From: Azolla caroliniana
Taxonomy: Eukaryota > Plantae > Polypodiophyta
Direction of reading: 5' to 3'
Assembly: GCA_043228905.1 (NCBI GenBank)
Contig: JBHGNT010000009.1
Location: 19,344,001 to 19,408,000, forward strand
Length of the DNA: 64,000 bases
Shown piece by piece: positions 1-15,057 of the stretch. Position 1 is the first letter of the stretch. Each line of letters begins with the position of its first letter. Both the position numbers and the translations under genes were made by a program. The notes beneath the pieces are model-generated. The model did no database searches. It was not told the origin of the DNA and saw only the letters and a list, made by a program, of their open reading frames with translations.

Positions 1-585
1 GGAACTGTATCTAATTCCATAAGTTAACTGAAGACAGACGACAGAAATTTGTTATCCAATCTGTTTAGAATATTCTCTTAACTTTTAGGCTTGCTAAATC
101 AATTTTCATGCAAAGGGACACATCCATAGCTATCACTAGTTGGATCTCTGTTTCATTATAAAGATCACGTCTCTGTAAATTTTCCTAATCAATATATGAT
201 ACCTTAGCCATTATCTTTGTTAGAGTCTTCACGACACATCCCTGGACCTTGTATTGGTTCACTAATGGTAGATTATGTAATTTTGAAAGATTTGACTATA
301 GATGGTTTAAGAATACATAGGTGTATGTAATCGAGGCAATGCTAGCTGTGGGATCTTAAGCAGCCACATTTTTATCATTATATATGGAGAAATTGAGATG
401 TGGTATGTAGATATGTATCAAACTAGATAGCGAGCCATACTTTCCTACAAAGAAATGACCTGATTAGCATGTAACTATTTAGCACAATTAATGATGTTGG
501 AGCAAGATTTTGATACATTGTTAGATGCTTATATACTCTTTCTGATGTTTTTATGGTGTATTCATCATGTTTGCTTGTTTTTCAG

Positions 586-3129
586 TGATGCAATTATTGC
601 CTGGGTAAAGAAGAACATTGGCCCTGCTGTCACAGATATTACTACTACAGATGAAGCAAAGGCAATCTTGGAAACTGGCAACACGATTGTTGTTGCTGTG
701 TTTGATAAGCTAGAGGTATCTATATTTACTACACAGTACACAAGGAATTAATTTTTGGCTTCTGAAATTAACAAAAATCTCTCAGGGTACCGAAGTTGAA
801 GAGTACACATCTATTGCCCAACAAGACGATGATTTGACGTTTTATCAGACAGCAAGTAGGGAAGTTGCTGAAATCTTCCATTTGAAGCAAGAAATCAAGA
901 CGCCAGCTTTGGTGTTGATTAAGAGTGCAGCAGAAAAGATCGTGCCTTATTGTAATCCTTTGAATTTTTCTTTCTTGTTTGAACAAGTTTGTTTATTGAA
1001 GACATAGTTATAATGAAAACATACATTTTACAGATGGGAAATTCGATGCAACATCTATTTCAGAATTCATTCTTGCAAACAAGCTTCCTCTTGTTTCCAC
1101 CTTCAACAGAGATACTGCATCACCAATTTTCGAGAGCCCTATTAAGGATAAGGTAGGCTCATCCTATAGAGCTCCATTATAAGAGAGTTAAGTATGTGAG
1201 TATGACTATGTACGCCTGTATAGCTATATGTTTGCACACAGACATGTCTCCCTTTATACACAAATTATAAGTGCTCTCTCTCTCTCTATGTGTGTGCTAG
1301 GATTAAAGTGGATGATAAGGTACCTATTTTACAAAGACCTCTACAAATATTCTACGCATGTGCATTGCTAGTCTTAGAGGAGATGCCTCAATCCCAAGAG
1401 CTTAACTGTCAGATAACCCAAAGATGCTGAAACCCACAATTTTGTTGAAAGTGTTTGATGCCATTATTTGTTTTGCAGTTACTTCTTTTTGCATCGCCTG
1501 AAGATGCATTGAAATTATTGCCAGGCTTTGAAGAAGCAGCAGCTTACTTTAAAGGAAAGGTAATTGTTGTCAGATCCTTTCAGGATCTAAGTTCATTGTG
1601 GTACAATTGATTCGTGAAGCAATATCGTGTTGAGTGAATGATGGAAAGATAGAAACAAATTTGTCACCATAGATGATCCAAAGCTGTTGGATCAAAATGA
1701 ATGTTTTCATATTGTGGATGAGCTTGAATTTTGTTTGGAAAAACTTGGAGGTCTGGTTTCTTGGAGGCAAACTATCTTTTCTTGGTCAATATGCCTGGGG
1801 GTGAAGAGCAATAGAATTGAACCTTCCACGATTATTTTTCCTGTAGCTTATATATCTATGTCTGGTATTATGTGAAAATAAAATGATATTGCCCTCCACT
1901 AAATGTTAAATCTCCTGCATTTTCCTCCCAGATAATTTTTTGCTATGTAGACTCTGCTGATGAAGAGATAGGAAAGCCAGTTGCAGATTTTTTTGGCGTC
2001 ACGATAGACAAACCTAAGGTATCATTATTGCTTCTCTTTTCCCCGTGTCCTTCTCGCTTAATCCTATACAGGCTAGTAATCATGGACATTGTATTGTGGG
2101 TCAGGCTGTTGCTTTCACAGTTACTGATGAGCAACCAGTTAAATACTTATTTGAAGATGAGGTTACATCCGAGAAAATCAAGGTTTGGCATTCTATCTTC
2201 AAGGTGATATTATTCTTAATAGTCGTACAAAGCTGATTTTTTGCTACTGGTCCACATCAGGAATTTGTTACGAATTTTCTTGAAGGGAAGCTGGAAGCAT
2301 TCTATAAATCTGAACCTTTACCTGAGACGGTATGTTTTCATAATCAAGGCTGTAATAGATGTTTTCTTGATTATGTGGAATGTATTTTAAAGCAGTTATG
2401 ACCCTTCTGCAGAATGAGGACGATGTCAAGGTGGTGGTTGCAAATAACTTCAATGACATTGTCTTGGATGAATCCAAAGATGTGTTACTTGAGGTGCTTA
2501 ATAAGCTTAAGAACTTACATTATAAGAGATTTAATTCCTCGTTAACTGAAAACGTTGTCATGTATATAACTTAAATATATGTGTGCTCGCAGATCTATGC
2601 CCCATGGTGTGGTCATTGCCAATCATTAGAGCCTGTCTACAACAAATTAGCAAAAGCATTGAGTAGTGTAAAATCTTTAGTTATTGCAAAGATGGATGGG
2701 ACAGCCAATGAGCATCCAAGAGGGAAGGTAAGAGTTTGCATTCTCAAACAATTTCACGTGTATGCATAACATTTTTGCTCCCATCTTGATAGATCTTGAT
2801 TGTATGGGTATATTTCACAGGCTGAAGGTTACCCCACTCTGTTGCTCTTCCCAGCTGGCAATAAAAGTGTTGAGCCAGTGAGTTTTTCAATTAGTATATT
2901 TGGTTAAACTAGAAAACTATGGGCACAGATTATAATAACTAATCTGCTAGCTGATTTTCAACAGATTGCGGTGGAATCAGAGAGGTCAGTGAAGGGGTTG
3001 TACCAATTTTTAAAGCAAAATGTTGCCATTCCTTTTACGCTTTCTAAATCTGCTGGAGGTGAAACGGCGAGTACTATTGAAACCAAAGTGGATGCTTCAA
3101 CGTCAGATAATACAAAGGACGAATTATGA
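586..3129 (+). CDS. PDI: Protein disulfide isomerase (PDIL1-3/1-4-like), 3' part; upstream exons not identified, probably before the window
   Basis: GT-AG exons read from sequence: 586-715, 786-951, 1034-1152, 1479-1559, 1932-2018, 2105-2182, 2261-2329, 2413-2493, 2593-2727, 2821-2877, 2965-3129. Thioredoxin site EIYAPWCGHCQ, AKMDGTANEH, GYPTL and C-terminal ER retention signal TKDEL*. Confidence 0.93.
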
Positions 3130-5529
3130 TTTCCAAGTTAAGAACTTGAGCCTGTTGGTAATGTCATAATCCAAGTCCAAGAGGGATTGTTAAATTCAGG
3201 TAATGCTTTACAACTGAGGGCATATTGTAGCCGAAGGCCTATTTGCACTGTTTCGAGACTCTTTTTAGGATATCATGAAATGCGGTTCTGATCAGGCATT
3301 TCAAGGGATATCTTAATGAAATTGTAATGGATTGAATTAAATATCAACTGGAGAGGTTTGACTAATCCAAAGGGATTTTTTCGTCATAAAAAAGGCCTTA
3401 AGCTCTTCATTGTTTTGTACTTTAAATCATGTTTGAAAGCTGTGTGCATATTTTCTTATTCAGGGTGTGTTTTTAGGCTCTTCTTTAATCTGATTTGAAG
3501 ACATAAATTTCATCACAGCTTCTCAAGAGAAAAGATTTGACATCTTTGCTTGTGTCTCATTGTATATGAGGTCATACTTACATGAGCTTTTGATATCACA
3601 GTTTCATACATATGTTCAACACTTACATTGCATCTAAGTAAACTATAGGTAATGAATGGTCAAAGTAATTGTAATCCTTCAATTCTGCAGTAAATTGAGT
3701 TGAAGACTGATCAATGTTACCCTAGCGAAGTATTAATTTGTCATTGTGGAAAACGTATTATTACTTAGATGGGGTTCTGCATGTCTCCAACATTATTTAA
3801 ACAATTCAGTGTCTTTTTTTCATAAAAAAAAGAACACCAATAGGGGTTACGTGAGACATGTTTAGGCAACATGGTAGCATTCTTCCTAAAATTTAACTGA
3901 TTTGTGTAGTAAAACCCCATGGCTACGATCATGCGTGGTTAACATAAATCTTTGTTTATTGATGGTGAATTTGGTTTTTGGTATCACAAATGGATTATTA
4001 AAATTCATTGCATTTTCCACGATGGGTTGTGGGTTGATATCATGAATAAGTAATGTACAACTCAAGTAGATGCTTCATAATTTCTTGCAAATTTTGCAAG
4101 GTAAAGATAATCACTAGTAAAATAGTTTACGTTTTATGTTGAGGTTAACAGTTGGCGAAATAAAACAAACACTCAAATAAAACAAGGAGAATTCGATCCA
4201 TTCACAATGAAAAGACTTAAATAACATACTTTAATATGCCTTAAGAAGATTGGAGAATCATAAGATTGAAACTAGAAATTAGCAATATAATTAAATTGTT
4301 GTTAGGAATAGTATCACGAGGATGCGGATTTATATGTGAGGCTAGTAGCTAGGGTGAGACTATGTTCAAGTAGATGGTGGGTAATGAAAGGAATTGTTAC
4401 ATATATGGAATCACTTAGTCCCGACTTTAGTAGACTTCTTCTTCTTGTTGTTGTGGCCAGCCGGACGCTTAGTGTGCGTCTTCATAACTGTGACTTTCTT
4501 TGAACCGACCTTCTTTCCATGTCCTTTCCTCTTCTTTGTTCCTCCAGCCTTTAAGTGATTTGATCATTTGTTTAGCGGTCGACATATCATTAGCAATAAA
4601 TAACACATTATTTGTTTATTTACAATCATTGTTAATGTTTAATCAACATAGACTGGTTAGCTCCTATCGATTGTTCTATGCCCATGCAAGCACATGGGCG
4701 ATATAAATTCTCATCACAACTTTGATGGTACAATTCACTTAATAATAATTGCATTGATTTTTTGTGCTTAATTGTGTGATTTGACATTGGTTTTCTTTTT
4801 TTTGTAATACTCATATCAATGTCCAATGGCTTCAAATTTGTGTGTTCCAACATTTAGTAGTTTGGTGTTAATATCTAATGTCACATTCCAACTCCTAATT
4901 GATTTGACACCTTGGTGCTCCCAAATGGCACTTTTTTAGGATTGCAATAATGTTAGATGACAATTAACAATTATTTAACAAGAAAGAAGAAGAAGAAGAA
5001 GAAGAAGAAATCGAATGATTAAGCATTAAGAAATCGACAAATGTCACAAATGGGAGAAGGATGTGAAGCCATGCTAAGGAGTTCGAATAATCAGAATTCA
5101 AGGTGGTTAGGCACATAGAAAATGAATATTAATGATAGGATACAAACATTCAATACACATATACATATACAATATACATATACATAAAGTGTATGTATGT
5201 GGAATTTCTTACCTTCACTTTGTGAGGCTTGGAGGCAATGGCCTTCTTGGCGGAGCCACTCTTCTTGTGTGGAGGCATGATATAGCTTCAAACAAGATGG
5301 AAAGAAAGAGAAAGCGGGGATTAAGGAAAAAGAAAGAAGAAGGAAGAAGAAAGCTTGAGGTTTCAATGAAGATTCTGTGATGGATATAAGAAGGGAACGA
5401 GGGGGTGCCTGATAAAGGAGTGGGTAACTGACCAAACGTCACATGAATGTCTCCTCTCCCAACCGTCTCCTCTTCCTCCTCTTTCACACTCACTCACTCC
5501 TTTTGATTGATGGTCTCATGTGTCTATTA

Positions 5530-5700
5530 TCTCTATGACCCCCATATATTCTAGAGACCGTGCTCTCGGACCATTATCTCCACACACGTTAGAGACATCG
5601 ATTTCCTGTCTCATGCTCTCGAACCATATATCCACACACATTAGCGACATCGATTTCCTGTCTCATGCTCTCGGACCATATCTCCACGCGCTAGAGACTA
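5530..5700. repeat. Short tandem repeat, about 3 degenerate copies of a ~53-bp unit
   Basis: Recurring TGCTCTCG(G/A)ACCATAT..TCCACAC...TTAG.GACATCGATTTCCTGTCTCA. Confidence 0.7.
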
Positions 5701-6609
5701 TTTATTGGATTTACATAGATATATAGAAAGCTACAACCAACATATGTATATGTAGTTGGGCACATGGTTAATAAAAGAATTCGATTTCTTTTTATTGTGG
5801 CTATCATATGTATAAGGTTTAACATCAAATTTTGTGTTGCCTGGCTCAATAACAAGAATATTTGAGAAATTTCAAGTGTTCACCAAAGCCTTGAGTATCC
5901 AAACAAAGAGTTCAACCCAAAAAGGGGTGGTTAGATGGCATTGTTACATGCATGATAAACAAACCTATGTACAAGTACTATTCTCAAACAAAAGGATTAT
6001 AGTCACAATCACTTCGAAAAATAAAGACGGTTACGTGAACCTTTCAATCGCTACAAAAAAGCTAAATCTTAGTAAACGTGATTAAATTAGAAACAATCTT
6101 CAATCAATAAGGGCATGTGAAGAAATACTAAGTTGCTTTCAATGTGAAGGGTGGAGGTTGAGCAGGAAAATGTGGCATTTGCTCCAAATCCCTTGATAAA
6201 GACTTGGCCCATAATGGGTTCTTCTAAAAATTGGCAAGGCAATGGATTCGAGAACATATACAACAAAATTTTGGCTACAAATCATATGACAGATTTAAGA
6301 TTCCCAAGCACTCACGATTGCTAAAGCCAATGAATGATATGGCGAATACTACACGATTTTTCAAGAACATGTGCGCAAACGTGGTACTTGCATGTTTGAT
6401 GCTCAATATAGATCATTATGTTTAATCTATTTTTGGCATGTGTTACTATTGCTACTCTTTTTGGATTTGTATTTGTGTCCTTTGGTTTTGCTTGTCTCTG
6501 ACTCTAACCTAGTTTCTACGATAAAAGGGTTATGAAATATGACTAGCCCTCAAACATTTGATCACCTTGGTAAGCCTCTTCTATAATTATCTAGAAGTCA
6601 TATTTCCAA

Positions 6610-6996
6610 TAACAATCGGCAACGGTTCGGTTTGAACTGAACCAAACCGTGCCTTAATGGTTTCAACGGTTCAGTTTCAACAGTCAAAAACCTTAGTTTA
6701 AATGGTTTAACGGTTTTTTATTTTTATTTTTATTTAAATTTTAGACCTTATTCTCACATTTTAGGAACATCTTTAAAATTAAAAAAAATTTAAAATAATG
6801 AAATATTATAAATTTAACCTAAGTTGAAAATCGAAACCGAACCATGAAACTGCAGTTTTAACGGTTTGAAAAAGTTTAACACTTCGGTTTAATGGTTTCG
6901 TGGTTCGGTTTAGGTCTCAAAATTTTTAAACGTTTCGGTTCCAAACCGATTAGGTTTTGACCCTCTCGAACCGAACCGAATCGTTGCCGATTGTTA
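6610..6996. mobile_element. Non-autonomous hAT-type MITE
   Basis: Perfect 15-bp TIR TAACAATCGGCAACG / CGTTGCCGATTGTTA, 8-bp TSD ATTTCCAA (6602-6609, 6997-7004), AACCG/CGGTT subterminal motifs. Confidence 0.88.
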
Positions 6997-9254
6997 ATTT
7001 CCAATACAAAAGTTAATCTTATTGGTGTTAAGACCGTTGTTATCCAAAAGCTGGAATTTTCTCTATTGACTTATAAAATATAATTGTCAACATCTATAAA
7101 GAAGAGTCCTTGCAAATTCCTCATTTATATTAACATCATAAAACAATGCTTTCGAAAGCTACAAACTCATCTAACCTTTGTAAGACAACGATTTTTAATC
7201 TAATCTATCTTTTGTGATGTATTTATGGATAATGGAGATTGATTTTTTGAAATTCGCATTTCCTATTTGATATTTAACATTTGCATGTCCCATTTTGGAT
7301 TTGTATAATAGTCAAAGTTGTCGAGTCAACTAAACTTATGAAGAAATTCGCTAATAGAGAGAACTTTGGATACAAAATCTTGACATATCAACGCCTAAGA
7401 TAGTAATATGCCAACAATAAAACAATGCCACGAATTACATTGGTTAAGAAATGATTGATAGACATGAGGAATAGAAGATGATGAATTCATTATATTAATG
7501 CTCAAATAGCACACATAATAATCTTCTAGGGTTTGACCTAGGGCAGTTAGGGAAATAATGAAAAGAAAAACTTGGCAAGGAGGGGTAGAGAGGAATTTTT
7601 CCCAAGATTTGTTCATCAAGGATACTAGTAGTAAGTTACTCTTTTGCATAGTATAGGGAAGAGTTTTGGCAATGTTAGTTTTCATGGTACCAATAGTACA
7701 TAGAATTCCATTTTGAAAATATATGACTAGTCCAACATTTGAATTCAACGGTCATATATCACATGTTACTATTAATAATAGCCTTGAAGAACCAAGATAT
7801 TCTAATGATCGGATAAGGTTCTATAAAATTGAGGGTAAAACTTGAACATTGAGTCATAAGTGACACAGATATTGGAATGTCTTATGCATTGAGGCTTGAT
7901 AGATAACTTGTAGGAAATAAGCCAAAATGATCATCCAATTTGACTTGCTTTTGTTGATCATCCTTTTGACTCTTCAAACGATTAAAGGTTCTCTATCAAA
8001 TCTTTAAAATGCGTTGTCTTTATTATTTTATTGTTATAATATTCAATAGTTCAAAACATTATGATTTGTTAAACAAATTGATAGCTGGTTACCCAACACC
8101 ATCATTGATCTATTCAATTTATGTTCGTTAAGGTTTATATCATTCAACGTTATATATTCAAACCTAAGACTAGTACAAATGTATAAGCCACACGTAATCG
8201 TTAGTTTCTTCTTAACTTTTGATTAATTATGTCTCATTAGAGACTCCCTCCCGGATATCCCTAGACCCATGGGTCCCTCTTGCTTTTTACCATGTGGGAT
8301 TATTATAGCTCTTTGGTAAGGAAAAGATGGTTCAGGCCCTTTCCATTTGAGTGAGGTGGGATTATTATAGCTCCTTCACATGCAAAAGTTGATAGTATTA
8401 TATTATTCCTCCATATGCATGTCCTCAAGTTTTAACCTAATTTTGTTTGTATAGGAGGATACCCAAAAGTGGGTCGGGTCAATAGCATACATTTTTGGCT
8501 TATCCATTATGCATGTTGCTTGTTTAGATGCTTGGCATTTGAGAGACATTCATAATAATTTAATGGAGGCGTTTTACCCTCGACACACCTAGGAAAAACA
8601 TTCAGATTGGAAGGCAAATTGGGTGGCATACAAAAGCTCAAGGACCTTCATTACCATTTTCTTTTCATCCTTGAATGTTACTTACATGTTACACTTTCTG
8701 CCTCTATACCATGTGACCGATGATAGATTGCTCTATTTCTTAGATCTTGGGCAAAGTCTGTACTCGTCAGTTTCATATGTGTAATTCTCTTTCTAAGGTT
8801 ATGGCTACCCAACCTCAAATAGTTTCACAATGCGAGAAACATACACTTTCCCTTATCTATCTCTATAAAGTGGCCAACACAATTTATGACCAAACATAGG
8901 CTCATCTTGGTTGATTTTATCTTCCCCTCCCCACCCCCAAAAGAAAACAAAACAAACAAACTCAAGCGACTCTTGTGCAAAGTGTTCAACGTTATTCTGA
9001 ACCGGGTCTCGATAACTTTACTCCCATGACTTCATGCACGTCCTTAATTATCCGTAACACGAGAGATCTCCTCCCGCAAGCGCCCCCCAACGTGTTGCGT
9101 CACATTACACCATATAAATGTGTAATATAAAGACACGTTTATCTTACCTAGCAAATGAAGCTCGGAAATTTGGGTCCATTTTCCAACTTGAAGGAGGATT
9201 GGCCCACACAAGGATTTGGCTAGCCACCAAACCTGCATGCATATATAAAGGATC

Positions 9255-9286
<32 letters not shown>

Positions 9287-9491
9287 TGTATGTATGTATG
9301 TATGTATGTAGCTTCCAATAGGACAAAGGAAGAGACATAACTACCGCCTTACAACCAGGTGGGCGGGCATTATATATATAGTTATCAGATTTTCCAAGTT
9401 CCCCTAACCCATTTTCCCCTGTTTTATCCAAAACACACCCTTCCCCTGTTCTTAAAACCACCCCCTGGTTTTCCTCAAAAACAACTGTGCA

Positions 9492-12400
9492 ATGAATGAT
9501 GAAGAGAGTAACACGGCTCCCTTGCTCTCCTACCCCAACCCCAATGACAACAATAATAGCCCTGGAGAGAAAGGAATGTACATGGATTGGTTGGGCCGCC
9601 CCGCCGATGATAGAGACGATTTGGGCGGTTGGAATCGCGCCTTGTGGATTACAGGTAAAGAAAAAACTCCATGAATCTTCAAAGGTTGTGGTCAGGTGGG
9701 TAGTTCGACGCACCCGACCTATTGATCAATCGATCGATCACGTGTGTGTGGGGTTGGGTTAGTTCGATACACCACTTGGTCGATATTCAATCAATCCGTT
9801 GGGTTCAATAGATCGTGAAGTCCACTAGTGTTCCGATACCTCACCCCCCAAATCGATGTGGCATGCCATTTGATTCGGTCTAGGTCATAGAGATGATTAA
9901 TTCCGAGAAACACCATGGATATGGTATGGAATGTAAAAATGTTTGTTGTCAGGATGATATTAGATCATGAGGTTGTTCGATCCGATTCACCACGGGAGAT
10001 GTGGCATGGCATGAAAGTATGCCTGCCTGACATGTAGAAGATGTGAGGGAACCCCATGACCTTGTGTGCCGATAACCTGAATAGCTTATCGATAGGATGC
10101 CGTATTTTACATGATGATAAGGGAGGAGAGAGATCTGATATATAAGCATTCATTTTTGTTTTCATGTGTGTGTGTGTTTTGGTTTCAGTTGCATTTGGAT
10201 TGTTCTACTCTTCCTTCTTTGGCATTGTTTCCAATCTGGTCATCTATCTGGTCCAAGTTTGGGGGGAGACGAGCGCGCACGCCGCGAATATGGTCACAAA
10301 TTTGACGGGCACCGCGTTCGTGTGCTCGTTCTTGGGCGCATTCACAAGCGACGCGTACCTCGGCCGACTCTGGACCGCCATCATCTTCCAGATCTTGTGC
10401 TTGCTGGTAAGCCAAAAGCAAATACATTCAAAACATGAAAAATCGTAGGCACAAATTTTATCACCTTTTTGGGCACTTTTCACATTGCTGTAACCAATGG
10501 TTTTTTCCTTACGCCTCGTGTACTCGGATCATAAGGTCCAGGGGAAAAGAAAGAAAGAAAACTCCGAAATACCCTCATCCCTATGGACTTTCTCTTCATT
10601 TTCCCAAAAATTGCCATATCTCATTGGCACAAAAAAATAGAAGGATGAATTGGCCATTATAGATTGCTCCAAATTCGGCAAATATAAGTGTCCCGTCATG
10701 GGTTGACTAGGGCGTTCGGCGGACGTATAGCAAAAAACCATTCGAGGAAATAAAGAAATCAACCTTAGGGGTATTTTGAAAGTTTTTTTGTACCACTATA
10801 GTTGGTCATAACTATAGACTGTCCATGCCATACCTCTCTAGAGTCTAGACCATGTCCTATATATTGGAATTTGGAATGGATGAATCCATGGCCCAATTAT
10901 CACCATTAATGCACAATGATTGATATTTTCTTAAGACTACATGGTTTTGTTTTGGTTTTTGTTTTGCTTCTTAAAAGAGTATAACCGCGAGCGTGGTAGC
11001 GGTATGTTGGAGCGCCACAGAATTGAGCTCGCAAACGAAGATCTTCATAGCCATATCTCTCTACTTCACAGCCGTGACTTCGGGGTCAGCGATGCCCAAC
11101 ATGTCGTCCATCGGAGCGGACCAGCTGAGTTCGGAGCGGGACAAGGCCAAGTATTTCACGCTCGTGGCGATGGCCATCGCGGCCGGACAAGTGGTGGGCA
11201 CCACGGTCGTCACGTACGTGGACAGCGAGATGGGCAGATGGGGGTTAGGGTTTGGGCTTTGTGCTGTGGAGTTGGGGCTGGCCTTGATCCTTTCGCTCGT
11301 GGTCTTTCCTATGTGCCGCCAATGCCGGCCGGCCGGGAACCCCTTCATCCGGATTGTCCAGGTGTTGGTTGCGTCGGTCCGCAAACGGTCCCTCTCGCTA
11401 CGGAGAGACCCCACCCTAGACCTCCACGAGGTGCCCGGACAAGACAACTTGTCGGCCATTCCCGGTTGCCGCAAACTCCCGCACACGAACTCCCTTTCGT
11501 AAGTCCGGAACATTAAATGTCTTTCTCTTTTGGTTGTTTAGGTAACAGCACCATCCAAAGAAAGGGTTAATAATGTATTGCCATTAATAAAAGTAGTAGT
11601 GTAGGTTTTAAATTTATTTATTTATTTTTGTTAGTCACCATTCCGAATTCCTACTTTACGTTTTTTGTCGCGTAGTTGCGCTCCGATTTCCCCCGCACAT
11701 CCGAAAAGGAATGTGGGCCACATAGTAAATGACAAAATCTTTCCGAAAATTACTCTTATCCTCTACCATGTAGCAAGCTAGATAGATGTTTGAGTGTATT
11801 TTGGAGAACTATTTCTTTTCTCTCATGCTTTTTCTTGTTGTTTTTCTTTGGCTTAAAGTCCTCCTATTTTTGCTCTTTTTGTTGGGTTTGTCCTTTCATT
11901 AGATTCCTCGATAAAGCTGCGTTAACAACTTCCCAGGAGCCTGAGGAAAAGTTTGACCCATGGAAATTGTGCACGGTGACGCAAGTCGAGGAGCTAAAGT
12001 GCCTCCTACGTGTTATCCCGGTCGGCATTGCATCCACATGTACGGCCGCCATGTCAGCCCAAATGAACACATTGTTCCAGGTGCAGGCCTCAGAGATGAA
12101 CATGCAAGTGACCCAATGGCTCACCATACCGGCAGCTTCGATCCACCTCTTCTCGATAACCGGCTCCATTCTTACCGGGTTCGTGTATAACGCTGGAGGA
12201 GCAAGGCTACTTGGTTGGCTCCTTAACCCGTCCAAGAAAGGCTTTGTGCACCAAGCAACCTCTCTTCAAATACAAGGCACATCCATCTTTGTCGGGATCG
12301 TGGTCATGGTCATCTCGGCACTCGTCGAGGCGTACCGCCTCCGGGCTGTAGAAGAGGGATATACCCTCTCCGTCTTGTGGCTTATCCCACAAACGTTCCT

Positions 12401-12752
12401 CGTTGGGGTCTCCACAAACTTTGTCTATGCCGGAAGCATGGACTTCTTTTACACCGAGGTTTCCGATGGAATGAGGACGGTCAGTAGCGCGGTTAGCTTG
12501 CTTTTCCTCGGTGGGGGTAATTATTTGAGTAGCATCTTCGTCGCGATTGTGACCGATATTACAACCCGAGATGGGAGTGCGGGATGGATACCCTCGGATT
12601 TGAATTCGGGCCATGTCGACTACTTTTATTGGTTTCTCGCGTCCTTCCTTACTTTAGTCCTCGGCCTCTTCCTTGTTTACTCCCATTTTTATATATATAG
12701 AGAGCCCCCCAAGGATCAACTTCTTGAGAGTTCAAATGGTCTCCTCCATTAG
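9492..12752 (+). CDS. NPF: NRT1/PTR family (NPF) transporter, copy 1, 583 aa
   Basis: Exons 9492-9654, 10189-10406, 10978-11498, 11903-12752 (1752 nt, in frame). Motifs LGAFTSDAYLGR, IGADQ, FLDKAA, CTVTQVEELK, WLIPQ, DFFYTE, DLNSGHVDYFYW. Confidence 0.93.
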
Positions 12753-13510
12753 TATACCCACCTATTAGCAACCCAACAATAGCTTTTTCGTGCGAGTAAC
12801 TTGTAAGTAAATCCTTCCTTGGTCGACACATTGTTGAAGTGTAAATATTCATATTCTTTGAATTGTAATACATTATCGAGCAAATAACGAGAATGAAAGG
12901 ATATTTTTTATGTGACAAATTTCTTCACATACCAGAACATACATAGAAGTGAGACATTGTTTATATGCTCTTTAGTCGCAATTTTAATCACATTTGAGTA
13001 AGTTTTGGTTTATAGCAATTCTACATAGACTTTTGTATGAATGTAATATGCAAACTTGATCTAAGTATGACTTTTGAAACAATTCAGAGTGAAAAAGTCG
13101 AGCATACCTTTTTAATATCAAAGAATGAACAACGTATTTCTATGTAGAGTAAACAAGGCTATGGTTGTGTTCACGGTTGCATTGTCAGCATTGTGGAACT
13201 AATATGATTGAGTTCGCACTCATAAGTGTATATGACCTTCTTGTCTCTCAAAGAATTTGATCTCTACTAAGGTGTTAAAATTTTGGTCTCCTTTTTAGAC
13301 AACAACTTATAATGGACAATGATTTGGTTTGGGAGTCTCAAACTAAAAATTGCTAGAAAATTTTGAAATTGAAACCAAACCAAAATCGTGAAACCTTTAA
13401 ATCAAAACAAATTGAAATAAGAACTCATTCAAACCAAACCATTTGAGAAATTCTCCAGCGCATACCAAGTTGGTTCAAGGTGTACAAACCGTTAACCCAT
13501 TGTTTCTAGG

Positions 13511-14170
13511 CATAGATTGACATATTCGCATCCGTGGGGTTTCCCATTCGAATGCAAACGAATACGAATACGAATGGGCAGTCAAGTATTCGTTTTACCC
13601 CCCCTAAAAAAAGATTTTTTTTTAAAAGCATTCCTAAGATAAAAAAAAAGTAACTTAACAATAATAAATAGGGATAATGAAAGAGGGACTTTGGGGACTT
13701 GACACTATTAAATTTTTATAATAAATGTATAGTCGTTTTATTTTTAATAAATAAATAAAATAAAATAAAGGCTCATTAATTTCTCACTTTTTATTTCCTC
13801 ATAATTTATGGATATTTTTATCTTGACATTAAAAATGGAACTTCAAAATATCTTCAAAGTTCATACTAATCATATTGTATAATAAATATAAAAATATTCG
13901 TTTTAAAAAAATTAATTAATTAAAATAAGTTTTCGTTTTAAAAAAATTAATTAATTAAAATAAGTTTCATAAACTCTCTTGACACTATAATCTATTAATG
14001 AATAATTGTTTTTTTTTGTGAAATACATTTATTTAAATAAATAAATAATTTTTTATATTTATTTTACAAAATGAATGGTTTTTTAATATTCTTGGGGCCA
14101 TTTTGTATTCTCGAATATTGAGAATATTGCGCATGAAGAATATCACGAATATCACGCATGTGTCAATCTG
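13511..14170. mobile_element. AT-rich hAT-type MITE between the NPF copies
   Basis: Imperfect TIR CATAGATTGACA / TGTCAATCTG, flanked by identical 8-bp TTTCTAGG (13503-13510, 14171-14178). Confidence 0.75.
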
Positions 14171-15057
14171 TTTCTAGGTTTGATTTTGGCTCAAAGTGAA
14201 TTATTGGTGATTGTACAAACTTTTCAAAAAGGTTTTTTTAAAAAAGAAAACTAAAACTTAAAAGAAGTGGTAGGGTTCAAATTTTAAAATTTCATAATAA
14301 TTTTACGTATTACATAATTTATAAAGTTAATTTTAATATTTAATCAATATTTCAAAAATGTCTCCCAAAATTTGAAGCCATTAGGCTATTAAGTTGGTGA
14401 AGTCTCAAACTGAACCTAATGGAACCCTTTACTCCTCAAACCAAACCATTAACAAATGGAAGTACCTAGTCTAAAATATTTCAAATGAATGTGGCCCCCA
14501 ACGCATCACATCGCATCGTAGTACACCACACAAATGTGTGTAAAAAGACACATATATCTTATCTAGCAAATGAAGCTCGGAAATTCAGATCCAAGCTCCA
14601 ATTGGAAGGAGTGGATATTTCGAATGCATGCAACCCCCAACGAGTCGAATCGCATCGCAATACAACACACAAATGTGTGTAAAAAGACACATATATCTTA
14701 TCTAGCAAACGAAGCTCGGAAATTTGGATCCAAGATTCAATTGGACGGAGTGGCCCACACAAGGATTCAGTTAGCCACCAAAATTGCATATGTATGTATG
14801 ATCTATATATATATATATGTAATAATGCATGCGTGTATGTATGTATGTATGTATGTATATATATGTGGCACCCAAGAGGGAAAAGGAAAGACACATAACT
14901 ACCCCCTACAACCATGTGGGTGGGTATGTATGTATGTATGTATGTAGTTATCAGATTTTCCAAGCCCCCCCAAAACCACACTTTCCCCTATTTGATCCAA
15001 AATCCACCCTTCCCCTGTTCTTAAAACCACCCTGGTTTTTCTCAAAACAACTGTGCA

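Noticed and set aside
5091-5493. Possible miRNA precursor or small gene
   Set aside because: I could not identify a convincing fold-back or a known mature miRNA. The ORFs are low-complexity.
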